A stretch of DNA of 64,000 bases from an uncultured Verrucomicrobia subdivision 3 bacterium (lineage in GTDB: Bacteria; Verrucomicrobiota; Verrucomicrobiia; Limisphaerales; UBA11358): assembly GCA_903918885.1 (NCBI GenBank), contig CAIXFY010000009.1, positions 9,472 through 73,471 of the forward strand, in the 5' to 3' direction. The first letter of the stretch is position 1; the number at the start of each line of letters is the position of its first letter. The position numbers and the translations under genes were made by a program. The notes under the pieces were generated by a model. It made no database searches, was not told the DNA's origin, and saw only the letters and a program-made list of their open reading frames with translations. This document shows positions 27,399 to 36,280 of this stretch, one piece after another.

Positions 27399-29138
27399 AT
27401 GAAATACCGTTGGTCATTGGCCACGCCGCAACCGCTGCTGGCGGAACAGCTGGCAGCGCAACTCAAGATTTCCCCGCTGCTGGCGCAATGTCTTTTGAAC
27501 CGCGGTTTTGACGAGCCGGCGGCGATTGAGAATTTTCGCTCGCCGCGACTTAAAAATTTGGCGGATCCGTTTCTGCTGCCGAACATGGACGCCGCCGTTG
27601 CACGGCTGCTGCTCGCGCACGAACGCGATGAACCGCTCGTCATCTTTGGTGATTACGATGTGGACGGCGTGACCTCGACGACGATTCTGCTCGAAGTTCT
27701 CCGCAAGCTGGGCTGGCGCGCGGACGCATATCTGCCCAACCGCATGGACGAAGGCTACGGATTGAGTCACGACGGAGTGGAGAATTGCCTGAAGAAATTT
27801 CCCGTAAAACTTCTGCTGGCCGTGGACTGTGGCTCGACGGCGGTGGAAACGATTGCGTGGCTGAAAGGGCAGGGCGTCGAAGTCATCGTGCTCGACCATC
27901 ATCAAGTTTCCCATCCCGCGCCCGAAGCGGTGGCGTTGGTTAATCCGCAACTCTCCGAGAAAATCGGAAATCGGAAATCGGAAATCGGAAATTTTCAGGA
28001 GCTTTGCTCCGCCGGCCTCGCGTTCAAGCTCGCGCACGCACTGGTGAAACGCGGGCGCGAGACTGGTCTGCCCGGTGCGGCGGATTTTGATTTGAAGCCG
28101 CTGCTGGACTTGGTCGCGCTCGGCACGATTGCGGATTTGGTTCCGCTGATTGGCGAAAACCGAATTCTCGTCACCGCCGGTTTGGAAAAACTGAACACGA
28201 CGAAGCGCCCGGGAATACTTGCGTTGAAGGAAGTTGCAGACTCGCCGGAAAAGCTCGGCACGCACGAAGTCGGGTTCCAACTCGCGCCGCGTTTGAATGC
28301 GGCTGGACGATTGGAAACGGCGGAGGAATCCTTGAACCTACTGCTCGCGGAAACTTTGGACGCCGCACTGCCGTTGGCGCAAAACCTCGACGCGCGGAAT
28401 CGCGAGCGGCAGAAAATCGAGAAGGGCATTACCGAGGAAGTCAGTGGCGTGGTGCGCTCCAAGTTCGACGCGAAAAAGGATTTTGTCATCGTCGAGGGCC
28501 AGTTGCTGTGGCACATCGGCGTCGTCGGCATCGTGGCGTCGCGCGTGCTATCTGAATTTTATCGTCCGACCTTTATCATCGGCGGCGAGAACGGCGAGAT
28601 GCGCGGTTCCGGGCGCAGTATCGCGGGTTTTGATTTGGCGGCGGCGTTGCGCGATTGTGACGACTTGCTGCTGCGCCACGGCGGGCACGCGATGGCGGCG
28701 GGCTTGAGCATTTTGCCGGAGAAGATTGATTTACTGCGCGAAAGGTTGAACGAACTGGCGAAGCGTCAACTGAAGCCGGAAGATTTACAACCGCCGTTGC
28801 GGCTGGATGCGGAGATTCAATTAAAAGATTTGAATCTGGATTCGCTGGCGGAGCTGGAGAAGTTGAAACCGATCGGGCAGGGGAACCCAGCGCTGCAATT
28901 CTGCACACGCGGGCTTTCGCTAAAAAAGCCACCGTTCCGCATGGGCGCGAACAAGCAGCATGTCAAACTTTCAGTGACGGATGGCACGGCGACGCATGAA
29001 GCGGTCTGGTGGAATGTTGGCAACGCGCCGTTGCCTGACGGGAAGTTTGATCTGGCGTTCGCGCCGGGTGTGAATGAATACAACGGCCGGACGACCGTGC
29101 AATTGAAGTTTTTGGACTGGCAGCCGGTAGACAATTAA
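27399..29138 (+). CDS. recJ: Single-stranded-DNA-specific exonuclease RecJ
   Basis: DHH motifs (IFGDYDVDGVTS; VDCG; VLDHH) and DHHA1 (GGHAMAAG). Confidence 0.93.
   Translation: MKYRWSLATPQPLLAEQLAAQLKISPLLAQCLLNRGFDEPAAIENFRSPRLKNLADPFLLPNMDAAVARLLLAHERDEPLVIFGDYDVDGVTSTTILLEVLRKLGWRADAYLPNRMDEGYGLSHDGVENCLKKFPVKLLLAVDCGSTAVETIAWLKGQGVEVIVLDHHQVSHPAPEAVALVNPQLSEKIGNRKSEIGNFQELCSAGLAFKLAHALVKRGRETGLPGAADFDLKPLLDLVALGTIADLVPLIGENRILVTAGLEKLNTTKRPGILALKEVADSPEKLGTHEVGFQLAPRLNAAGRLETAEESLNLLLAETLDAALPLAQNLDARNRERQKIEKGITEEVSGVVRSKFDAKKDFVIVEGQLLWHIGVVGIVASRVLSEFYRPTFIIGGENGEMRGSGRSIAGFDLAAALRDCDDLLLRHGGHAMAAGLSILPEKIDLLRERLNELAKRQLKPEDLQPPLRLDAEIQLKDLNLDSLAELEKLKPIGQGNPALQFCTRGLSLKKPPFRMGANKQHVKLSVTDGTATHEAVWWNVGNAPLPDGKFDLAFAPGVNEYNGRTTVQLKFLDWQPVDN
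27961..27992 (+). repeat. (AAATCGG)x4 heptanucleotide tandem repeat inside recJ
   Basis: aaatcgg aaatcgg aaatcgg aaatcgg aaat, read directly. It encodes ..KIGNRKSEIGN.. Confidence 0.9.
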
Positions 29139-29312
29139 GGGTTAAAAAAGCGCTTGCCAAGTTTGGACACGCGGCTACCATTTCCCAGTCTGTAAGATAA
29201 ATTGACCTTTCGACCATGGAAAATCTTCAAGTGAACTTCCGTTCAGTGATGATTTGAAACCCGATAGTCGGGAACAGACGAAAACGGTTAGTATTGAGCA
29301 GCAAATCATCGA

Positions 29313-29684
29313 ATGAGCACGAAACTGTTTGTGGGAAATCTTTCCTTCAACACCACGGAAAACGACCTGCAGGAGGCTTTTGCCGCCCACGGTCAAGTCG
29401 TCGAAGCGAACCTTATGATGGACCGGATGACCGGTCGTTCACGCGGTTTCGCGTTCGTCACCTACTCCACCCCCGACGAAGCGCAGAAAGCGATTGCGGC
29501 CATGAACGGCGCGCAGCTCGATGGTCGCGCTTTGACGGTCAACATCGCCCGCCCGAAGGAAGAACGTCCTCCCGGTGGCGGTGGTCGCGATCGCGGTCCG
29601 CGCCGTGAATACGGTGGTGGTGGCGGTGGCAGCCGTGGCGGTTACGGCGGTGGCGGCGGTGGTGGTGGCCGTGAACGCTATTAA
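29313..29684 (+). CDS. RRM-type RNA-binding protein with Gly/Arg-rich tail
   Basis: RNP-2 (KLFVGNLSF) and RNP-1 (RGFAFVTY) motifs, then a GGGGRDRGPRREYGGGGGGSRGGYGGGGGGGG tail. Confidence 0.9.
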   Translation: MSTKLFVGNLSFNTTENDLQEAFAAHGQVVEANLMMDRMTGRSRGFAFVTYSTPDEAQKAIAAMNGAQLDGRALTVNIARPKEERPPGGGGRDRGPRREYGGGGGGSRGGYGGGGGGGGRERY

Positions 29685-29702
29685 TTTTTAAGATAATCAC
29701 TG

Positions 29703-29743
29703 GCTTGGGCAGCATCCTCAAAAAATGTTGCCCAAGCTTTTTT
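29703..29743 (+). terminator. Intrinsic terminator after the RRM-protein gene
   Basis: GCTTGGGCA (29703-29711) pairs with TGCCCAAGC (29729-29737), followed by TTTTTT. Confidence 0.7.
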
Positions 29744-29757
29744 GCTAGAAAAGTTCA

Positions 29758-29970
29758 ATGGAAGAGCACATTGAAGTTGAAGGAAAGATTTTAACAGTTC
29801 TCGCGGGAACAATGTTCCGCGTCGAGCTCGACAACAAGCATCAAGTGCTGGCGACCATTTCCGGCAAGATGCGGAAACGCTTCGTCCGCCTCACTTCCGG
29901 CGACCGCGTGAAAATGGAGATGTCCCCATACGACCTCAACAAGGCGCGCATCGTCTGGCGCATCGGTTGA
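29758..29970 (+). CDS. infA: Translation initiation factor IF-1
   Basis: 70 aa; the S1-like IF-1 sequence (..[48 protein letters not shown]) is highly typical. Confidence 0.95.
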   Translation: MEEHIEVEGKILTVLAGTMFRVELDNKHQVLATISGKMRKRFVRLTSGDRVKMEMSPYDLNKARIVWRIG

Positions 29971-29983
29971 ACACCAGTTCAAA

Positions 29984-30048
29984 GTCTCAAGCCCAAAGTC
30001 CAAAGTCGCGCGTTTTGACTTTGGACTTTGGGCTTTGGCCTTTAGACT
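29984..30048. repeat. GC-rich palindromic element downstream of infA
   Basis: GCCCAAAGTCCAAAGTC (29991-30007) and GACTTTGGACTTTGGGC (30017-30033) form a perfect 17-bp stem with partly complementary flanks. Confidence 0.8.
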
Positions 30049-30054
30049 CGCAAA

Positions 30055-30732
30055 ATGATTTCTGCCATTATCGTTGCCGCCGGCAAGGGCACGCGCATGG
30101 GCGCAAACGTGGACAAGCTTTGGCTCGAAGTCGCCGGTCGTCCGGTCGTCGCGCACGCTTGGCAAAAATTCAACGACGCGACTTGCGTGGATGAAATCAT
30201 TCTCGTTGTCCGCGACGGGATGCAGCCGCACTTCACGGAACTTGCGGAGAAATATCAATTTCAAAAGCCGTTCCGCATCGTCGTCGGCGGCGCGGAACGG
30301 CAGGACTCGGTTTGGAACGGACTCGCAGCACTTTCGCCGAAAACGGAAATCGTGGCCATTCAGGACGCCGCGCGACCGTGCACGACGGCGGAGTTGATTG
30401 CCGACACCATCCAAGCCGCTCGTGAAACTGGCGCGGCGGTTGCGGCGCAGCCGGTGACGGACACGATCAAGGAAACCGCCGACGGCAAAACGATTGCCCG
30501 CACGGTGGACCGCTCGAAATTGTGGTCGGTGCAGACGCCGCAGACTTTTCGCATTGAAGTCATCCGCAAAGCCATCGCCATGGCGCGCGAGAAAGGCTTG
30601 CAGCTAACGGATGACACGGCGGCGTGCGAACTAATTGGCCAGCCGGTCCGGCTGGTGCAAAGTGCGACGCCGAATCCAAAGGTCACGGTTCCGGCGGATC
30701 TACCGTTCATCGAAAACCTGCTGCGGGCGTAA
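30055..30732 (+). CDS. ispD: 2-C-methyl-D-erythritol 4-phosphate cytidylyltransferase
   Basis: AIIVAAGKGTRMG N-terminal motif, ..VAIQDAARP.. and ..VQTPQTF.. motifs. Confidence 0.92.
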   Translation: MISAIIVAAGKGTRMGANVDKLWLEVAGRPVVAHAWQKFNDATCVDEIILVVRDGMQPHFTELAEKYQFQKPFRIVVGGAERQDSVWNGLAALSPKTEIVAIQDAARPCTTAELIADTIQAARETGAAVAAQPVTDTIKETADGKTIARTVDRSKLWSVQTPQTFRIEVIRKAIAMAREKGLQLTDDTAACELIGQPVRLVQSATPNPKVTVPADLPFIENLLRA

Positions 30733-30750
30733 TTTGAGATTTTTCCACAA

Positions 30751-30800
30751 GGAAAGCAGGAAGGCAGGAATGAATTTTCCTCAATTCCTGCTTTCTTTAT
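30751..30800 (+). terminator. Hairpin after ispD (terminator-like)
   Basis: GGAAAGCAGGAA (30751-30762) pairs with TTCCTGCTTTC (30785-30795), followed by TTTATT. Confidence 0.55.
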
Positions 30801-30854
30801 TAAAAACTCAAAAACTTTGTGTCTTCGCCGCTTCGTGGTAGAGTTCCGCCGCTC

Positions 30855-32168
30855 ATGAAACGGCGTTTCATTTTCGGTCTTGTGCTCGTCGCGCTGCTGC
30901 TCAATCTCGCAGTCGGCACGAAGATATATTTGAGCGCTGTCCATGCCGGTAATGACGAGGATAACATCCACACCAACCTAGACTTGTTCACCGATGTGCT
31001 CCGGAAAATCCGCAGCGAATATGTGGACGGCACGAATCTTACTTATCAGGCGCTCGTCTATTCCGCGCTCAAGGGCGCCGTCGGTAAACTCGACCCGCAC
31101 AGTGAATTTCTCGACGCCGATTCGTTTCAGGAATTGCAGGACGACACCGAAGGTCAGTTCGGCGGCCTCGGCCTCGTCGTCGCGCTGAAGAACGGTTTCA
31201 TCACCGTGGTGTCGCCGATGGACGACACGCCGGGTTTTCGCGCGGGCATTCTGGCGGGCGATTGCATTACCAAGGTCGAGGGCAAAAGTGTTGAGCATCA
31301 AGATCTCTCCGATGTCGTCAAACAACTCCGCGGCGAACCCGGTTCCACCGTGACGCTCACCGTTGAACGACCGTCCACCGGCGCGGTGAAAAACTTTACG
31401 CTTGCCCGCGCCATCATCCAGATGACGATGGTCAAGGATATCCACGGGCGAAAAGAATTTTCCCTCGACGCGAATAAAATTGGCTATGTTCACATCACGC
31501 AATTCGGCGACAACACCGGCAACGAACTGGAATCGGCTTTGGCCAAACTGAATCAGCAAGGCATGAAGGGTCTTATCCTTGATTTACGCTGGAATCCCGG
31601 CGGTTTGTTGGAACAGGCCGTGGAAGTCTGCCAAAAATTTCTCCCGCGTGGCCAGTTGGTCGTCTCCACGGAAGGCCGGCGCACGGTGGATAAATATTTT
31701 GCAAAAGGCAACGGCGACGAATTGAAAAATATTCCGGTGGTGGTGCTCGTGAACCTCGGGACAGCCAGCGCGGCGGAAATCGTCAGCGGCTGTTTGCAGG
31801 ATTTGCACCGCGCCGTGGTGCTCGGCGAAAAAACTTTTGGCAAAGGCTCCGTGCAGACAATTTTTCCGCTCGATGACGGCTCCGCGCTCAAGCTGACCGT
31901 CGCCAAATATTATACGCCCAGTCACAAGGTCATTCATCAGCACGGCATCATGCCGGACATCCTCGTGCCCGTCAGCGACCGCGAAGAGGCCGCGCTGCTG
32001 CTGCAACGCTCGCCTGGCGGTGTGGCCGCGCTGCCCGACAAGGAGCGCGCCGCCGTTCAAGCGGTGCACGACGAGCAGTTTGAGCGCGCCGAGGATTTGC
32101 TTAAAGGTCTGATTCTTTACAACCGTCTCGCCGAAGTCCGGCCGCCGCAAAAAATAGCCGTAAAGTAA
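30855..32168 (+). CDS. ctpA: Carboxy-terminal processing (S41) peptidase with PDZ domain
   Basis: Signal anchor MKRRFIFGLVLVALLL, PDZ (GGLGLVV..GF.AGILAGD), Ser motif NLGTASAAEIVSG, and Lys motif TFGKGSVQT. Confidence 0.9.
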   Translation: MKRRFIFGLVLVALLLNLAVGTKIYLSAVHAGNDEDNIHTNLDLFTDVLRKIRSEYVDGTNLTYQALVYSALKGAVGKLDPHSEFLDADSFQELQDDTEGQFGGLGLVVALKNGFITVVSPMDDTPGFRAGILAGDCITKVEGKSVEHQDLSDVVKQLRGEPGSTVTLTVERPSTGAVKNFTLARAIIQMTMVKDIHGRKEFSLDANKIGYVHITQFGDNTGNELESALAKLNQQGMKGLILDLRWNPGGLLEQAVEVCQKFLPRGQLVVSTEGRRTVDKYFAKGNGDELKNIPVVVLVNLGTASAAEIVSGCLQDLHRAVVLGEKTFGKGSVQTIFPLDDGSALKLTVAKYYTPSHKVIHQHGIMPDILVPVSDREEAALLLQRSPGGVAALPDKERAAVQAVHDEQFERAEDLLKGLILYNRLAEVRPPQKIAVK

Positions 32169-33236
32169 ATGACCCTCCTCGCGCTTGAAACTTCCTGCGA
32201 CGAAACCAGCGCTGCCGTCGTGCGTGACGGCGCGGTTCTGTCCAATGTCGTTTCTTCGCAAATTAAATTGCACGCGGAATACGGTGGCGTCGTCCCGGAA
32301 CTTGCCGCGCGCGAACATCTGAAAAATCTCCTGCCCGTCGCACAAGCGGCGTTGACTGAAGCCAAAATTTCTCCCGCACAACTCGACGCAGTGGCCGCTA
32401 CGCAGGGGCCAGGACTCGGCATTGCATTGCTCATTGGATTCAAAGCCGCGCAAGCGGTGGCGTTTGCATTGAACAAGCCGTTCATCGGCATCAACCATCA
32501 TGAGGCGCATCTTTATTCGCCGTGGATTCAAAATACTTCTCCCTCGCCCCTGCAAGGGGAGAGGGCTGGGGTGAGGGGTGGACTTTGTGCCGATTTCAAA
32601 AATTTCCAGCCCAACATTTCGCTCATCGTCAGTGGCGGGCACACGATGCTTGTGCTGGTGGAATCCGAGCTGAAACATCGCGTGCTTGGCGGCACCATCG
32701 ATGACGCCGCCGGCGAATGTTTTGACAAGACCGGCAAGCTCATGGGTCTGCCGTATCCCGCTGGACCATTGATTGACAAGCTGGCGGAGCGGGGGAATCC
32801 CAGTGCCTACGACTTTCCGCGTCCGCTGCTCAACGAGCCGAATGACGATTTCAGTTTCAGCGGACTCAAAACTTCCGTGCGTTATTTCATCCGGGACAAT
32901 CCGACCATTCTCGACGACCCGCTAAAAAGCCGCGACCTCTGCGCCAGCGTGCAGGCGGCGATTGTGGAAGTGCTCGTGAAGAAAACTATCCGCGCCGCCA
33001 AGCGCGATGGCGTCCGCTGCGTCACCGCGTCCGGCGGCGTGACCTGCAATTCCGGTCTACGGAAGGAGCTGGAACGCGCCTGCCGGAACAACGGTTTCAC
33101 CTTGCGTCTAGCGGAAAAGAACCTCTGCACCGACAACGCCGCGATGATTGGCATTCTCGCCGAACGGAAATTGCTCACCGGCGCGCCCTTGCCGCCGCTG
33201 GACGAAGAAATTAAACCCGGCTGGCAACTTGCTTGA
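32169..33236 (+). CDS. tsaD: tRNA N6-adenosine threonylcarbamoyltransferase
   Basis: LALETSCDETSAAV, GINHHEAHLYSP (metal-binding His pair), SGGHT and SGGV.CN motifs. Confidence 0.93.
   Translation: MTLLALETSCDETSAAVVRDGAVLSNVVSSQIKLHAEYGGVVPELAAREHLKNLLPVAQAALTEAKISPAQLDAVAATQGPGLGIALLIGFKAAQAVAFALNKPFIGINHHEAHLYSPWIQNTSPSPLQGERAGVRGGLCADFKNFQPNISLIVSGGHTMLVLVESELKHRVLGGTIDDAAGECFDKTGKLMGLPYPAGPLIDKLAERGNPSAYDFPRPLLNEPNDDFSFSGLKTSVRYFIRDNPTILDDPLKSRDLCASVQAAIVEVLVKKTIRAAKRDGVRCVTASGGVTCNSGLRKELERACRNNGFTLRLAEKNLCTDNAAMIGILAERKLLTGAPLPPLDEEIKPGWQLA
32538..32578 (+). repeat. Short GC-rich palindromic element embedded in frame in tsaD
   Basis: tctccctcgcccctgcaaggggagagggctggggtgagggg. CCCCT/AGGGG and CTC/GAG arms flank a GCA loop. 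It encodes ..SPSPLQGERAGVRGG.. Confidence 0.7.
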
Positions 33237-33240
33237 TTTC

Positions 33241-35778
33241 ATGGCTGACCGTCTGCCCATTTACGAAATCGAGCGCGACATCATCGCCCGGCTGCAAGCC
33301 GACCGGCGACTAATTTTGTCCGCACCCACAGGTTCCGGAAAATCTACGCAGGTTCCGCAGATGCTGCTCAAGCACGGTCTGCTCGGCGACGGCCAAGTTG
33401 TCGTTTTGCAACCGCGCCGGCTCGCCACGCGCCTGCTCGCCAAACGCGTCGCGTCGGAACTCGGCGTCAAACTCGGCGAAGAAGTCGGCTACCAAATTCG
33501 TTTCGAGAACTTCACTTCCGCGAAGACGAAAATCCGTTTCGTGACCGAAGGCGTCTTGCTGCGCCAGATGATTGACAACCCGAAGCTGCCGGGTGTCACC
33601 GCGATTTTGTTCGATGAATTTCACGAGCGGCATCTTTATGGCGACATCACACTCGCCCGCGCGCTGGATTTGCAGGAGCAATTTCGTCCCGACCTGAAGC
33701 TCTGCGTGATGTCGGCGACGCTCAATGCGGGTGAGTTGGAAAAATATCTTTCGCCGTGCGCCACGCTCGCCTCCGAAGGCCGCACATTTCCGGTGGAAAT
33801 CGAATACCTGCCGCATCGTATCGGTCTCAACGGTCCGCCGGTGTGGGAACTCGCAGCGGAAGAATTTTCCCGCTACGTCAATGCCGGCGGCGAAGGCGAT
33901 GTGCTCGTCTTTATGCCCGGCGGCTTTGAAATTTCTCAGACCATCGAAGCCATCCGCAGCACGCGCGAAGCGAAGGGTTTTATCGTGCTGCCGCTGCACG
34001 GCGAACTTCAGCCGAAAGATCAGGACGCCGCCGTCGCGCGTTACGACCGGCGCAAAGTCGTCGTCGCTACTAACGTCGCGGAGACGAGCATCACGATTGA
34101 CGGCGTGCGGTTGGTGATTGATTGCGGTCTTGCGCGCATTGCTCGCTACGATTCCAATCGCGGCATCAACACGCTGCTGATCGAAAAGATTTCGCAGGCG
34201 AACGCCGACCAGCGCACCGGTCGCGCGGGACGCACCGCACCGGGAACGTGTGTCCGGCTGTGGTCGCGCCCGGAACATGACGAACGCGCGCCGCACGAAA
34301 TGCCGGAAATTCGCCGGCTAGATTTGTCCGAAGTCGTGTTGACGCTGAAGGCATCGGGCGTGGATGATTTGCGGAAATTTCGCTGGCTGGAAAAGCCGGA
34401 TGAAATTTCGCTGACGCATGCCGAGGAATTGCTCGAAGACTTGGGCGCGATTGGCCACGACAAAAAGATCACGCCGGTCGGCCGCAAGATGCTGGCGTTT
34501 CCGCTGCACCCGCGTTACGCACGAATGCTGCTAGCGGCGCAGGAATACGGCTGCGTCTATCAGGCGTGCCTCGTTGCCGCGCTGACGCAGGGGCGCGATT
34601 TGCTTTTGCGGAACTGCGGCAAGGATGTGGAAACGTTGCGCGAAGATTTGCTTGGCGAAAAGGCGAGTTCCGATTTTTGGATTGTCATGCGTGCGTGGAG
34701 CTATGCATTCAACAACCAGTTCCGCGTGGACGCTTGCCGCAAGCTGGGCATTCATGCCGTGACGGCGAAACAAGTCGGACCGCTGTTTGAGCAATTTCTC
34801 CGCATCGCAAAGGATGAAGGTCTCGACACGCGCCCGAACGAGGTGAAGGACGAGAATTTGCAGAAGTGCATTTTGATCGGCTTCAGCGACCGCGTGGCGC
34901 GGCGTATGGATCAAGGCACGTTGCGCTGCGAACTCGTCCACGGACGGCGCGGTGTGCTGGCGCGCGAGAGCAAGGTGCAGGACAATCCGCTCTTCGTCGT
35001 CGCGGAAATCCGCGAAGTCGAAGGCCGCGACCGCGAAGTGAACACCATTTTGTCGCTCGCGACCGCGATTGAAGTTGAGTGGTTGAAGGAATTGTTTCCC
35101 GATGACATCAAGAGCGATGTTCATGTGCAGTTTGATGCGCGCGAGAAACGCGTTTTGGCCGCAGAATTACTGCGCTTCCGCGACTTGGCGCTGGCGGCGA
35201 AACGCATTGACCCGCCACCGGCGGAAGCGGCGGCGCGTTTGCTCGCGGATGAAATAATAGCCGGACGTTTGTTGCTGCCGAACTGGGATCATTCCGTGGA
35301 GCAATGGCTCGCGCGTTTGAATTTGTTGTGCAAGGAGTGCGCGGATTTGCAACTGCCCGCCATCACGGACGATGACAAGAAGGCCATCATCGAACAGCTT
35401 TGCCACGGCGCGGCGAGTTACAAGGACATCAAGGAACGCGAAGTGAAACCCATCGTGATGTCGTGGCTCTCGCACACGCAGCGCGAGCTGCTGGACAAAC
35501 ATGCGCCGGAGCGGCTCACGCTGCCGAACGGTCGCACGCCGAAGGTGAATTACGAGCCGGGCAAGACGCCGTTCATCTCGCTGCGCATCCAGGAACTTTA
35601 CGACGTGAACCAAACGCCGAAGATTGCGCTGGGGCGCGTGCCGGTGACGGTGCATATTTTGACGCCGGGCATGAAGCCGATTCAAGTCACGCAAGATTTG
35701 GCGAGCTTTTGGCGTGAGCACTATCCAAATATTAAATCAGAACTCGCGCGGAAGTATCCGAAGCATTTATGGCGATGA
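33241..35778 (+). CDS. hrpB: ATP-dependent RNA helicase HrpB (DEAH-box)
   Basis: Motif I APTGSGKSTQVPQ, motif II DEFHERH, SAT, QRTGRAGR, plus a long HrpB-type C-terminal region. Confidence 0.9.
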   Translation: MADRLPIYEIERDIIARLQADRRLILSAPTGSGKSTQVPQMLLKHGLLGDGQVVVLQPRRLATRLLAKRVASELGVKLGEEVGYQIRFENFTSAKTKIRFVTEGVLLRQMIDNPKLPGVTAILFDEFHERHLYGDITLARALDLQEQFRPDLKLCVMSATLNAGELEKYLSPCATLASEGRTFPVEIEYLPHRIGLNGPPVWELAAEEFSRYVNAGGEGDVLVFMPGGFEISQTIEAIRSTREAKGFIVLPLHGELQPKDQDAAVARYDRRKVVVATNVAETSITIDGVRLVIDCGLARIARYDSNRGINTLLIEKISQANADQRTGRAGRTAPGTCVRLWSRPEHDERAPHEMPEIRRLDLSEVVLTLKASGVDDLRKFRWLEKPDEISLTHAEELLEDLGAIGHDKKITPVGRKMLAFPLHPRYARMLLAAQEYGCVYQACLVAALTQGRDLLLRNCGKDVETLREDLLGEKASSDFWIVMRAWSYAFNNQFRVDACRKLGIHAVTAKQVGPLFEQFLRIAKDEGLDTRPNEVKDENLQKCILIGFSDRVARRMDQGTLRCELVHGRRGVLARESKVQDNPLFVVAEIREVEGRDREVNTILSLATAIEVEWLKELFPDDIKSDVHVQFDAREKRVLAAELLRFRDLALAAKRIDPPPAEAAARLLADEIIAGRLLLPNWDHSVEQWLARLNLLCKECADLQLPAITDDDKKAIIEQLCHGAASYKDIKEREVKPIVMSWLSHTQRELLDKHAPERLTLPNGRTPKVNYEPGKTPFISLRIQELYDVNQTPKIALGRVPVTVHILTPGMKPIQVTQDLASFWREHYPNIKSELARKYPKHLWR

Positions 35779-36278
35779 ATGGTATTGAACAACTTTGTCC
35801 GAATTGCGGTTTATGCTGCGACAGCACGCTGTTTGCGGACGTGGAATTGCGCGCCAGCGACAAGCCGGCGCGCTTGAATCAGCTCGGGCTGACGCTCTTT
35901 AGAAAAACCAAGACGACGACGGCCTTCACCCAGCCGTGCGCGTGCTTTGACGGCAGGCTATGCAAAATTTACGCCGATCGGCCGAAGCGTTGCGGGCTGT
36001 TTGAATGCGGATTGCTCAAGCGGGTCGAGACGGGAGAAGTGACCGTGAGCGCCGCGCTGAAGAAAATTTCCACGGCCAAGAAACAGGCGGAGCGGGTGCG
36101 CGGGTTGCTGCGTTCACTCGGCCAGCGCGAGGAGCGGATGGCGTTGACGCATCGTTACGCGGCGGCGATGAGTGCGCCGATTGACCTAGCGGACGAAGCG
36201 GATGCAGAACAACGCGGGGAATTGATGCTGGCGGTGAATGATTTGATGACCGCGCTGCAACGGGATTTTCTGCGCTGA
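35775..36278 (+). CDS. YkgJ-family Cys-cluster (CxxCxxCC) protein
   Basis: CPNCGLCCDSTLF... and ..CACFDGRLCKIYADRPKRCGLFEC match the UPF0153/YkgJ zinc/iron-chelating pattern. The start overlaps the hrpB stop (ATGA); 35769 is an alternative. Confidence 0.7.
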   Translation: MNGIEQLCPNCGLCCDSTLFADVELRASDKPARLNQLGLTLFRKTKTTTAFTQPCACFDGRLCKIYADRPKRCGLFECGLLKRVETGEVTVSAALKKISTAKKQAERVRGLLRSLGQREERMALTHRYAAAMSAPIDLADEADAEQRGELMLAVNDLMTALQRDFLR

Positions 36279-36280
36279 CT

